From Staphylothermus marinus F1 (GTDB taxonomy: Archaea; Thermoproteota; Thermoprotei_A; Sulfolobales; Desulfurococcaceae): a stretch of 32,000 bases of DNA. Positions within the stretch are counted from its first letter, which is position 1; each line of letters starts with the position of its first letter. The stretch is from positions 60,001-92,000 of the forward strand of contig NC_009033.1 of assembly GCF_000015945.1 (NCBI RefSeq). The letters run 5' to 3'. Shown piece by piece: positions 8,255-17,132 of this stretch. A program made the translations under genes and the position numbers. The notes beneath the pieces were generated by a model. It had not been told where the DNA came from, did no database searches, and was given only the letters and a program-made list of their open reading frames with translations.

Positions 8255-9563
8255 CGATATTTATGATTTATTATCAAGCATAGTAGATGATCTTAGGCGC
8301 GACTTCATAGAGACGCAACAAGATCAATTGATTAGTCTCCGAAGAGAAGTTTTCCATAAATTCTATGCTGTTGAAAATATAAATAGGGATTCAGACAAAA
8401 TATCTGTTGCTTTTGTTGATGCAGGATTTAAACCCTACCAGCTAGATGTATCGATAATTATACCTATACAGATAAGTGGAATAATTAGAGATGAAAATGG
8501 AAAGCTTCATAAGATTAAAAATCTCTTAGATAAACCTGTAAATGATTTCCTTATACTGTATTCCAGTAGGAAGAGAAAAGATGATAGATATATTTTCACA
8601 ATTAAAATTAAATCCTTATATGATAATTCATTATTGTTTAATAAAAGAGAAGATGCTGAAGAAGTATCCAAAGAAATAAACAAATTATTGCTCAACATTA
8701 GTGGATCAACTCTTTTCGAGAACCCCAAATCTTTTATAAAGCTCACTAAGTATGTTGAGGGATTACTGGAGCTTGCATATGCATTGAAGCTATTGTTAAT
8801 GCTTGAAGAAAATGGCAGTATTGTACCAGCATATATTGTATTGGATGGAACACTTATTAAATGGTTTAGTATACCGCGCAGACCAGAAGGTGTGGATGGC
8901 TTAGATATATTATCTATAATTCTAGGCATCGATGCCGATGAGATCAAAAAATACTTGTTTAGAATAGTTGGTTTATCAAAAACATCAAAGTTTACAAACA
9001 TTATTCGTAGTCAGAGCTTATTCTACACCAAAAAGCCTAGCACAATTAATGGTAGAGGATTATATAGTCTAGTCGATTTAGAAGGCATAAATAATGCAGC
9101 AAAAATCCTTGGGGAGTATTGGAAGAGAGGAGGAAATAAGGATTTTGTTAGAGAAACCATACGTATTTTTAATAGGATAGTTTATAGTAATCATGAAGTA
9201 TATGTTGCAAGATTTCCACTGACACCGGATTATAGAAATGTGTTTATCCTGGATATTTATCTTGATAAGCCAATAATTGATCTAGGGAAGGGGGAAGTTG
9301 TATTAAACAAAGATAAGGCTTCTAGTGTTAATCCTTATATATCATATATTGTTAATACTATGATGCAGTATAGAACGAGAATAATAGGAGAGCCTCCTTA
9401 TGGTTATATGGAGATAGACAATATTGTTAGATTACGTGAAGATACCCGTAAATTCTTTGAACAAGCTCTTATCCGAGTACTTAGATCCCAAGACGATCTT
9501 GCTTCACGTATTCTCGAACAAGTTTTCTCTCCAACCACGCGTATGAGATATGGTTATAGGTGA
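8238..9563 (+). CDS. nurA: NurA-like 5'-3' nuclease
   Basis: 441 aa. The acidic-residue motifs VAFVDAGF and YIVLDGTLIKW match the NurA D...DGS(L) pattern. The C-terminal PPYGYMEIDNIVRL aligns with the NurA GYPxxLxxAH region, with ID in place of AH. GTG start with GGAGGA 8 nt upstream. Overlaps mre11 by 17 nt. Confidence 0.6.
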   Translation: MSIRINDIYDLLSSIVDDLRRDFIETQQDQLISLRREVFHKFYAVENINRDSDKISVAFVDAGFKPYQLDVSIIIPIQISGIIRDENGKLHKIKNLLDKPVNDFLILYSSRKRKDDRYIFTIKIKSLYDNSLLFNKREDAEEVSKEINKLLLNISGSTLFENPKSFIKLTKYVEGLLELAYALKLLLMLEENGSIVPAYIVLDGTLIKWFSIPRRPEGVDGLDILSIILGIDADEIKKYLFRIVGLSKTSKFTNIIRSQSLFYTKKPSTINGRGLYSLVDLEGINNAAKILGEYWKRGGNKDFVRETIRIFNRIVYSNHEVYVARFPLTPDYRNVFILDIYLDKPIIDLGKGEVVLNKDKASSVNPYISYIVNTMMQYRTRIIGEPPYGYMEIDNIVRLREDTRKFFEQALIRVLRSQDDLASRILEQVFSPTTRMRYGYR

Positions 9564-11575
9564 TATGTGTGTCTAAACCTATTGGTTTAATCTATTCTTG
9601 GAAAACTGATCACGTAGAAGTTGTTCTTACACGCGAAAATTATCGTCCAGGAATAGGAGACATCCTATATACAAAGCAAAATAATAGATATGTTCTGCTT
9701 CAAATAGTTGGATTCGAAGGAGAATTGCCGATCGGCAGTGGCTCCATAGTAAAGGATCTCGAGGAAGCACCGCCTATATATAGTGCAGAAACATCAATGT
9801 ACGCTAATGCATATTTATTCTTTGAAATAAGAAATATCAATAGCGAAAAACCTCTTGTTATAAAACCATATCAGCCACCGCCGCTTAATACACCAGTATA
9901 TGTTCTGCATCCCAAGGATCCCGAGTCTGAGAAAATAATGAACTTGCTAAGCAAAGGTATAACGGGTGAGGGAGAAACTGTTCCCATCGGTTGGTTGAGA
10001 AGCGGTATAGCCCCTGCTAAAGAGCTTAGAGAAGAAAAATACTTTACAAATGCTCCTTTAAACCTTGATCTATCATTATCTATACCTAAACACTTCCTAG
10101 TAGCGGGTCAAACAGGTGCTGGTAAAACAACAAGTGTAATGGGCATAATAATTCAGTGGGCAAGAAATAGTGGTAAGAATATTGCTTGGCTAATAATTGA
10201 TAGACATGGAGAATATAGTAAGACAGAAAACAATGGATTCGCGGACTTACTAGCTAAAGCATTATTTATGAATGATAAGTTAGAAGTGAAAGCAAAGATT
10301 TATGAGTTCACAGTTAATGAGGGAGAGAATAGAACAAAATCATTATCAAAAGATACCGTTGTTCTATTATCTGGAACAATGAATATTTCAAGTATAAGCG
10401 TCTATGATTTAGCAAACGTTCTAGACCTATCCCCAGATAAGATTAGCGATTTAGAAGAAACAATAGATATAATTGGAAGCCTCATCAAAGCATCAAAAAT
10501 AGATGATGCTTGGAAAAGAGTATTCCTAAACGAAAGAGACGAGCCTACAGGCCAGGTAATAGCACTTCTCCCAATACTTGTTGATAATGTATTTAGATAT
10601 GAAGGAATAGGTGAGCAGAAGAAGAAAGGTATTTATAGAGTATTATTAAATGCTGGAATAGATATTCGTAAACTAAGAACTTATAGACGCTTAATACTGG
10701 GAACACTCGGTCTCTCACGTAAAACAGCGATAGTTAGAGTAGGTGAGGCATCTAAGCCCGTTACAGTTATAAATGATAATTCATCGGTATTCAAGGTTTC
10801 ACCGCTACTTAAGGATCCATATAGTTTAATTATGATCATGAAAGCCATGGTTAATGCTGTGTCAGAAGTCTACAATATAAGAGAGAAAGGAGCATATCCA
10901 TGGCTAGGAATAAATGTTAAACCAGAAGTTACAGTTATTGAGTCAGGAACGTTTTCAATAGATAAAATTGTTGAAAACATAAACAATGGTGAAACAGTAA
11001 TACTTGATGTATCAAAAATACCTCTAGGCCAAGGAGACGTTATTGTTCAAAGCATTATTCGCAGATTATTCGAGTCCCGCATGGGTCTAGGAGTTGACAG
11101 GATCAAGGAGCTCCCGCCAATAGCTATTGTCTCCGAGGAAGCACCACTCTATTTAAGCCCTGATAAGGTTAGAAGTCCTTACAACGTGTTTGCAAGAATA
11201 GCTCGTGAAGGCAGAAAGTTCGGATTAGGGCTTATAGCAATTACACAGTTAGCAACACAAATTGAGAGACAAATACTTGCAAACTTTAATACTATCATAG
11301 CTTTGCGGACGAAATTTGTATCAGATATTAATTATTTCTCAAATATAGGAATACCTGGAGAAACACTTACAAGCTTAGGTGATCGTGAAGGATACCTTTA
11401 TACTCCGGACTTAAGAGTTAAAGAGCCTATACCAATATATATACCCGGCTATTTTGAGCTCGCAGAAGATCTAAGTAGAGAATATCTAGAAAAAATCAGG
11501 AACGTGAAGGAAACGGAAAAGAAAGCATTGACACAGATATTTAAAAACATAGAGGAAGAGGATGAAGATATATGA
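9560..11575 (+). CDS. herA: HerA/FtsK-type hexameric ATPase-helicase (enlarged)
   Basis: 671 aa with an N-terminal HAS-barrel-like segment. Motifs: Walker A GQTGAGKT (aa 183-190), IIDRHGEY, ILDVS, Walker B IAIVSEEA (aa ~521-528) and ARIAREGRKFGLGLIAITQ. GTGA overlap with nurA. GTG 9569 is an alternative start. Confidence 0.8.
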   Translation: MICVSKPIGLIYSWKTDHVEVVLTRENYRPGIGDILYTKQNNRYVLLQIVGFEGELPIGSGSIVKDLEEAPPIYSAETSMYANAYLFFEIRNINSEKPLVIKPYQPPPLNTPVYVLHPKDPESEKIMNLLSKGITGEGETVPIGWLRSGIAPAKELREEKYFTNAPLNLDLSLSIPKHFLVAGQTGAGKTTSVMGIIIQWARNSGKNIAWLIIDRHGEYSKTENNGFADLLAKALFMNDKLEVKAKIYEFTVNEGENRTKSLSKDTVVLLSGTMNISSISVYDLANVLDLSPDKISDLEETIDIIGSLIKASKIDDAWKRVFLNERDEPTGQVIALLPILVDNVFRYEGIGEQKKKGIYRVLLNAGIDIRKLRTYRRLILGTLGLSRKTAIVRVGEASKPVTVINDNSSVFKVSPLLKDPYSLIMIMKAMVNAVSEVYNIREKGAYPWLGINVKPEVTVIESGTFSIDKIVENINNGETVILDVSKIPLGQGDVIVQSIIRRLFESRMGLGVDRIKELPPIAIVSEEAPLYLSPDKVRSPYNVFARIAREGRKFGLGLIAITQLATQIERQILANFNTIIALRTKFVSDINYFSNIGIPGETLTSLGDREGYLYTPDLRVKEPIPIYIPGYFELAEDLSREYLEKIRNVKETEKKALTQIFKNIEEEDEDI

Positions 11576-14070
11576 TCATATTGGGGCTCAGACTGAAAAA
11601 CATTCGTAGCTACATAGATAAAACAATAGTATTTCCGCGGCAAGGCATTACAGTAATATATGGAGATGTGGGAACAGGTAAATCAACAATATTATCAAGT
11701 ATAGCATACGCATTATTTGGACAACCAAAATCTAAGATCCCTGATCCTATGGAGAGATATGCTTATCCTAAAGGCGAAGATCTCCTAAGAATAGGGACAA
11801 GAGAAGGATATGTTAGGCTATTAATACAGCAAAAGAATAGAATAATACTCGTTGAAAGAAGACTTATAAAGAGATCAGAGGGTAAAGTAAGTGATCCGGG
11901 CGGTAGATTAGTAGTATTCGAATATGTAGAAGAAAATGGTGAACAAAAACTAAAACTAATTCACGACAGATATTATTCCTCGGAGGAATTAAAGAGGAGA
12001 GTTCTGAAAGAATTAGGTATACCCGAGATAATTTCGAAGCAGAAACCACTAATATTCACAAATGCTATATATGTTCCTCAATTCAGTGTAAACGACATTA
12101 TTAACTTGGGAGACAATGAAAGAATATTATTAATAAATAAAGCATTGAATATTGACAAATACAATAATATAAAGACTAACTTAAGTAAGCTAACATCTCA
12201 AATCCTTAATAGTGAAATAAAAAACTTGAGAAATTATGAACAAAGACTTGAAAGCATACTTGGTAAAAATAGTATAGAAGAGCTAGAAAAGAAGATCAAG
12301 GAGGCTGAAAAAGAGATAAACAATATAAATATGGCAATTCAGCAAGTAGATGAATCTATTCGAAAGCTGGAAAACGAGATCAAGAACTACCAGCAACAAT
12401 ACGAGAAAAAACAGGAAGAACGCAACAATATAAAGCAGAAACTAGCAGTTATAAAGCATAGCTTAGAAGAACTACGAGCAAAAGAGGATAATATAAAACA
12501 GCTAACAAGTCTTCTCGGACTAAATGAACCAATACAACTAGATGTTTTATCATCGAAAATTAAGAGCCAACTAGAAGAAATAGATAAACAATTAAAGAAC
12601 ATTGATCAACGAAAACAAGAACTACAAAAGAAAATAGAAGAAAACAGACACTTATCAGAAACAATAAACGCAGAAATAAATAAGTACAGAGAAAAAATAG
12701 GAGAATTAAAAGCAAAAATTAACAGTAAAAACGAGATGTTATCTGAAAAACAAAAAGAACTTCTTGAAAAAGAAGAGTTATTGAAAAAAGGAATTTGTCC
12801 CCTCTGTAAACAAAAAATCGCACATGAACATGGCTATAAGTTAATTAATTCATTAAAGAACGAAATAGAGACGATTAAGAAGGAGATATTAGAGATTCAA
12901 CAGTTACTTAGAACGGCTCTTGAGGAATTGAAAAAGTATGAAGACAAAAACCTCGAAATTAATAATGAAATTAAACGCTTAGATGAACAATTAAGGATCA
13001 TTGATAAAGAAAGAGATAAGCTTATCAATGAAAAGATGGAATTGAACGATAAATTATCTAAGCTCACAGAAATAAAGCGTCTCTGTGACGAAATAGAGAA
13101 GTTGAAACAGAAAATAAGGGATAAAGATCTATTGGAGAAACAGTTAGTACATATAGAGACTTCTATTTCAGAGTTAAAGAAAATAATTGATGAAGAAACC
13201 AGAAAATATAAATTATTAATGAATAAGAAAACAGATCTAATTGGTAAAAGGGAAAAAGTGAAGGCTGAAATAGAATCTTATAAACAACAGATTCAACAGT
13301 TAAAAGAATATTATGAGGAGTACCAAAAAACTAAGGAGCAAAGAATGTTCCTAGAAAACATGAAGAAATTCCTATATGGCGAAAGAAATAGGAGAGGCTT
13401 ATTCTATGACTTAGTGGAGAAGGTTGAGGAAAGAGTTAGGAGCATAGCTTATGATAAGTTCCGTTCATTATTTATAAATTACTTCTTAAAGTTGATGGAG
13501 GATCATGAGATATTAGATGTTGACCTAGATGAGAAATTCAGCCCAGTTTTCCGAATAAAAACTAAGAGAATAATTGGCGAAATTACACAACCAAGCGGAG
13601 GTCAATTAACAAGTGTTAGCTTAGCTTATCGTTTAGCATTAAATGCTGTAGCTAGAAGTATGACTCCCCAGTTAAGAAATAGTACTTTAATACTTGATGA
13701 ACCAACTTATGGATTCAGTCCTGAAAGAGTTGAGAAACTTCGCGAACTTCTATATGAGATAAGCAATCGTGGTAAGAGACAAATAATCGTTGTAACACAT
13801 GATCGGAACCTATTAGATGTTGGTGATTGCAGAATAAAACTTGATATTAACAGGGAAAATAATGAAACAATAGTTAATTATGAAGAATGTAATAATTTAT
13901 CGAAAGAATACTATACATATATTGAAAACATTTTATCCAAAGGATACACATCAATACTGACCACTAGGGAAGCGGAGGAGAAAGAGGAAAAACTAGTAGG
14001 AGGATTTGAGCCAAAATTTAAAAGCAGGAAGGTGAGTAAGTCTAGAAGCATTTTCGACTTTCTGGCTTAG
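11572..14070 (+). CDS. rad50: Rad50-type SMC ATPase
   Basis: 832 aa. Walker A GDVGTGKST (aa 31-39), a long K/E-rich coiled coil and a central CPLC zinc hook at aa 409-412. Also signature SGGQLTSVSLAYRLAL, Walker B LILDEPT and VVTHD. ATGA overlap with herA. Confidence 0.85.
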   Translation: MIILGLRLKNIRSYIDKTIVFPRQGITVIYGDVGTGKSTILSSIAYALFGQPKSKIPDPMERYAYPKGEDLLRIGTREGYVRLLIQQKNRIILVERRLIKRSEGKVSDPGGRLVVFEYVEENGEQKLKLIHDRYYSSEELKRRVLKELGIPEIISKQKPLIFTNAIYVPQFSVNDIINLGDNERILLINKALNIDKYNNIKTNLSKLTSQILNSEIKNLRNYEQRLESILGKNSIEELEKKIKEAEKEINNINMAIQQVDESIRKLENEIKNYQQQYEKKQEERNNIKQKLAVIKHSLEELRAKEDNIKQLTSLLGLNEPIQLDVLSSKIKSQLEEIDKQLKNIDQRKQELQKKIEENRHLSETINAEINKYREKIGELKAKINSKNEMLSEKQKELLEKEELLKKGICPLCKQKIAHEHGYKLINSLKNEIETIKKEILEIQQLLRTALEELKKYEDKNLEINNEIKRLDEQLRIIDKERDKLINEKMELNDKLSKLTEIKRLCDEIEKLKQKIRDKDLLEKQLVHIETSISELKKIIDEETRKYKLLMNKKTDLIGKREKVKAEIESYKQQIQQLKEYYEEYQKTKEQRMFLENMKKFLYGERNRRGLFYDLVEKVEERVRSIAYDKFRSLFINYFLKLMEDHEILDVDLDEKFSPVFRIKTKRIIGEITQPSGGQLTSVSLAYRLALNAVARSMTPQLRNSTLILDEPTYGFSPERVEKLRELLYEISNRGKRQIIVVTHDRNLLDVGDCRIKLDINRENNETIVNYEECNNLSKEYYTYIENILSKGYTSILTTREAEEKEEKLVGGFEPKFKSRKVSKSRSIFDFLA

Positions 14071-14080
14071 TTGCTTTTCT

Positions 14081-14088
14081 TTTAAATA
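14081..14088 (+). promoter_or_regulatory. candidate TATA box for the 14110 gene (leaderless geometry); T-rich tract may also terminate the rad50 transcript
   Basis: TTTAAATA is centred about 25 nt upstream of ATG 14110. It is preceded by the T-runs CTTTTCTTTT directly after the rad50 stop. Confidence 0.3.
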
Positions 14089-14109
14089 TTTTTCCCGATA
14101 TTATAATGT

Positions 14110-15039
14110 ATGGGTATAGAGAAATTGTTTTCTAAATTAATAGAGATAATACGGCATCTTCCCGCGTTATTGGGGGATGAAGGAAAAATACCTGAGGAGA
14201 GAGTTAGAGAGGAAGTTATTGAGCCTTTTCTAAATATTCTTGGTTGGAGAATAGAAGATGGTAGCTTAAGTAAGAAATATGTTATTAAACATCATAGAGA
14301 AACCATTAATATAGACTATGTGCTACGAATAAATAGGATCCCGGTAGCGTATGTTTTAGTCTATGAGATGGCGAAACCTCTTGTTTTAGATGGTAAAGTT
14401 AAAGATCTACTTGTTCTCAGCAGATCTCCTAGGAACATTGTTTTAACTAACGGTCTTGAATGGGTTTTACTAGTTATTCCTAATAATGTTTTTGAACAAC
14501 CCATCATTAATGGGAGATTCAGTCTTTTAATAAATGAACATAATATTTATGATTTCTTATCAAACACATTAAAATTAGTGAATCCACTAGTATTTCTCAA
14601 GCAAAACCCGCTATGGCTATGGATGCAAGAATACATTAGAAAACAGCATCAAACTCCTCGGAGCAAATGTGAAAAAGCTGTATTATTAAAGAATTATGAG
14701 AAAGAAAAACACGGCTTACCCAAATATGTAATTATGCCGGATGGATCAGTATTCTCGATAAATCATTGGAATGAATGGCTGGTGAAAACGGTTAAATGGC
14801 TATACAAGAAAGGATATATAGCTGAAAAGGATCTGCCAATCAAGTTACCGCGTGGAAGAACATATATTCTCAATAGAAAACCATTACATCCCAAGGGGAA
14901 GAGATTCCGCTCAGCAACTAGAATAGCTAGAGGAATATATTTAGAGAAAAACGTTGGCTCCGAAGCTGTATTGAAGAGGATATTGTTTCTTCTAAGGAAA
15001 TACGGTATAAAACCAAATGATGTTTTACTCTGTTTTTAA
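14110..15039 (+). CDS. HSDR_N / PD-(D/E)xK-like nuclease-fold protein with uncharacterised C-terminal domain
   Basis: 309 aa. The N-terminal EERVREEVIEPFLNILGW...INIDYVL...VLVYEMAKP...TNGLEWVLL follows the pattern of the type I restriction enzyme R N-terminal (HSDR_N) domain. The acidic/lysine motif is E-x-x-K rather than E-x-K. I do not recognise the C-terminal half. Confidence 0.45.
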   Translation: MGIEKLFSKLIEIIRHLPALLGDEGKIPEERVREEVIEPFLNILGWRIEDGSLSKKYVIKHHRETINIDYVLRINRIPVAYVLVYEMAKPLVLDGKVKDLLVLSRSPRNIVLTNGLEWVLLVIPNNVFEQPIINGRFSLLINEHNIYDFLSNTLKLVNPLVFLKQNPLWLWMQEYIRKQHQTPRSKCEKAVLLKNYEKEKHGLPKYVIMPDGSVFSINHWNEWLVKTVKWLYKKGYIAEKDLPIKLPRGRTYILNRKPLHPKGKRFRSATRIARGIYLEKNVGSEAVLKRILFLLRKYGIKPNDVLLCF

Positions 15040-15052
15040 AATATATGGTGAA

Positions 15053-16240
15053 CTAGTAGACTATCCGGAATCTTATCTTTATTTTTGACAGCTTCTTCAT
15101 TGCCAATAATTTTTCTTTCCTACCAATTTTGGCTGAATATATTATATCTTCAAGTGTAGCAATAACTTCTTCTGCATCTTTTTTATTTACTGGATACGGT
15201 ACTCCATCCTTGCCTCCTATTGCGTAAGCATATTTGAAGGGATCATATGGGGTATTTACTGGGTCATTGGTGCTTGGAGGCTCGTTATATATTAAGTCGC
15301 TCATAAGAGCTAATGCCCTAATTGTTTTTGGGCCCACTCCTCTAATCAACAATAGATCATCTAAATTCCCTGGTTGTACCTCATATGTCCTCCTTAGTTT
15401 CTCCAATATATGCTTAGGTAGTGGGAGTGGTTCATAAATAATTATTTTATTGATGCGTTCTAGTTTTATTCTCCCAGTTCTAGAGGGTGTTATGTATGAT
15501 AATATTTCTCTCTGACCCTTTAACTTATTGAACAAACTACTGTATTCATTAATTATTGTATTAGGATTCTCCTTTGCTAGGTCGAGAATTGTTTTTCTAG
15601 CCTTCCTACTCTCACGTGATACAAGGTTCAAGACTAGATCATGTTTTATTCCTGCAACAGCTTTATGTGGATCCTCATAGAAGCTTGTGTCTTGGAACCA
15701 GTGATATCTACGAGCCATTCTATGTTTTAAATTCATACCCTGCTGTATAATAGCCCATACACCATTCTCGGAAACAAATAATGCGTGATGGTAAAGTGTA
15801 TAATTGTCCTGAAGCATTACGGAATCTACTTTAGCTATTATTCTCGAGGCTTTCTCTAATAGCTTACTAGTATCAGAGTTTATGCCTAACAATTCAGTTG
15901 CATATGGAATTTCTTCGGGAACTTGCCTAGCATATCTTCCTTTACCTCCTAACACTAGAAATCCAAGATCCGGATTATTCCATGAGACTTCTTTCAATAT
16001 GCCTGTTGTAACAGTTGTGGAGCCACTGCTATCCCAATCCATGCCAATAACATTGTTGAAAGCTTGAAACCATAATGGGTTAGAGAATCTCTCAACAATC
16101 TTGTCAGGACCAAATTCCTCAACCATGATCTCAAGAATGGCTTTGGCTAATCTTTTCATAATATTTGCTAGCCATGCCGGAACATGTCCTTGGTGCAGTG
16201 GTAGCTCAGAGATTCCTTCGAGCATCATTTTAGGCTCCAT
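15053..16240 (-). CDS. DUF763-family protein with C-terminal helix-hairpin-helix
   Basis: 395 aa. HQGHVPAWL...GMDWDSSGSTTVTTG is the pattern I associate with DUF763. The C-terminal LLLIRGVGPKTIRALA is HhH-like. Confidence 0.55.
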   Translation of the reverse strand: MEPKMMLEGISELPLHQGHVPAWLANIMKRLAKAILEIMVEEFGPDKIVERFSNPLWFQAFNNVIGMDWDSSGSTTVTTGILKEVSWNNPDLGFLVLGGKGRYARQVPEEIPYATELLGINSDTSKLLEKASRIIAKVDSVMLQDNYTLYHHALFVSENGVWAIIQQGMNLKHRMARRYHWFQDTSFYEDPHKAVAGIKHDLVLNLVSRESRKARKTILDLAKENPNTIINEYSSLFNKLKGQREILSYITPSRTGRIKLERINKIIIYEPLPLPKHILEKLRRTYEVQPGNLDDLLLIRGVGPKTIRALALMSDLIYNEPPSTNDPVNTPYDPFKYAYAIGGKDGVPYPVNKKDAEEVIATLEDIIYSAKIGRKEKLLAMKKLSKIKIRFRIVY

Positions 16241-16302
16241 AATAATATATGGTGTTTAAAAACCGTTATAAACAATGTATTAAGAATTATTCGTAGAGGT
16301 GC

Positions 16303-17007
16303 TTATTTATAGTTATTTATTAAATCCACTATTTGCGGGACTTTTACTAAACTATTTACTATATATGCTTTATTGTTTAATACGATGATCTCGCTTTCCA
16401 TCCCTCTTTTTAGTAGTGTTGCTCTTGCTCCGGCAATTAATGCTCCGGCGAAGTCGTTTATCAAGCTATCGCCTACATGCAGTATTTCATTGATCTTACA
16501 ATTTGCTTGATCTGCTAGTATCTCAAATACTTCTTTATCAGGTTTCTGAACACCTATCTCGTCGCCGAAGAGTGTTATATCAGCGTATTTTAGCAAGTTG
16601 TTCTGCTCTAGTATGATCCGTGTAGCCATTCCAGGCCAGAACAATACGTTTCCTAGAAAAGCTATTTTCAAGTTTCTTCTTTTTAATTCTATCAATGCTT
16701 TTTCGGAGTCAGGGAAGCTGATATTCTTTATTCTTTCATCAAGGATTGCTTGAACAGTTGCTTTAAATAAGTCATCAATGCTAATTCCCATTTTCTCGGC
16801 GAAAAACTTTGCTGAATCATAAATTGGTTTCTTAAACAATCCTTTAAGCCTAGCTTCTATAGCTTCATAATATGTGTTCATTAATTCTTTGTATACGTTC
16901 TCCAATGGTTTCCCTGTCAAGCTTGATAGCTTCTCAGATATTAACTGGTAGAATTTCGATGTATCCAGAAGAGTCTTCCATATATCGAATGATACAATTT
17001 TGATCAT
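16303..17007 (-). CDS. HAD-superfamily hydrolase (subfamily IA / haloacid-dehalogenase-type motif I)
   Basis: 234 aa. Motif I is FDIWKTLL (D-x-aromatic-x-T, as in type II HAD). Motif IV is HVGDSLINDFAGA. Confidence 0.7.
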   Translation of the reverse strand: MIKIVSFDIWKTLLDTSKFYQLISEKLSSLTGKPLENVYKELMNTYYEAIEARLKGLFKKPIYDSAKFFAEKMGISIDDLFKATVQAILDERIKNISFPDSEKALIELKRRNLKIAFLGNVLFWPGMATRIILEQNNLLKYADITLFGDEIGVQKPDKEVFEILADQANCKINEILHVGDSLINDFAGALIAGARATLLKRGMESEIIVLNNKAYIVNSLVKVPQIVDLINNYK

Positions 17008-17132
17008 TTTTCCTCGCTCTCCAGAATGATCATTATCTTAATTATATATCTTCTTTATTGGATTTTATTGGTTATCTAAAACAATTTAATTAATCTCGCG
17101 TTAATAGTTAAATGATATGGGGCGTATAGGTT

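Noticed and set aside
12150-13350. Highly repetitive A/G-rich DNA that could be mistaken for a tandem repeat or CRISPR-like array.
   Set aside because: It is the K/E/L/I heptad coiled coil of Rad50, uninterrupted in one frame with the CPLC hook in the middle. There is no unit-length periodic direct repeat.
6983-14070. Reading the SMC-like ATPase plus nuclease block as a known SMC-based defence system (Lamassu-, Wadjet- or Gabija-like).
   Set aside because: The SMC protein has a canonical central CxxC zinc hook and Rad50 head motifs. Its partner has the full ordered Mre11 phosphoesterase motif set. The other two genes match HerA and NurA. The housekeeping-type resection machinery is the simpler reading, so only the rearranged order and enlarged HerA are flagged.
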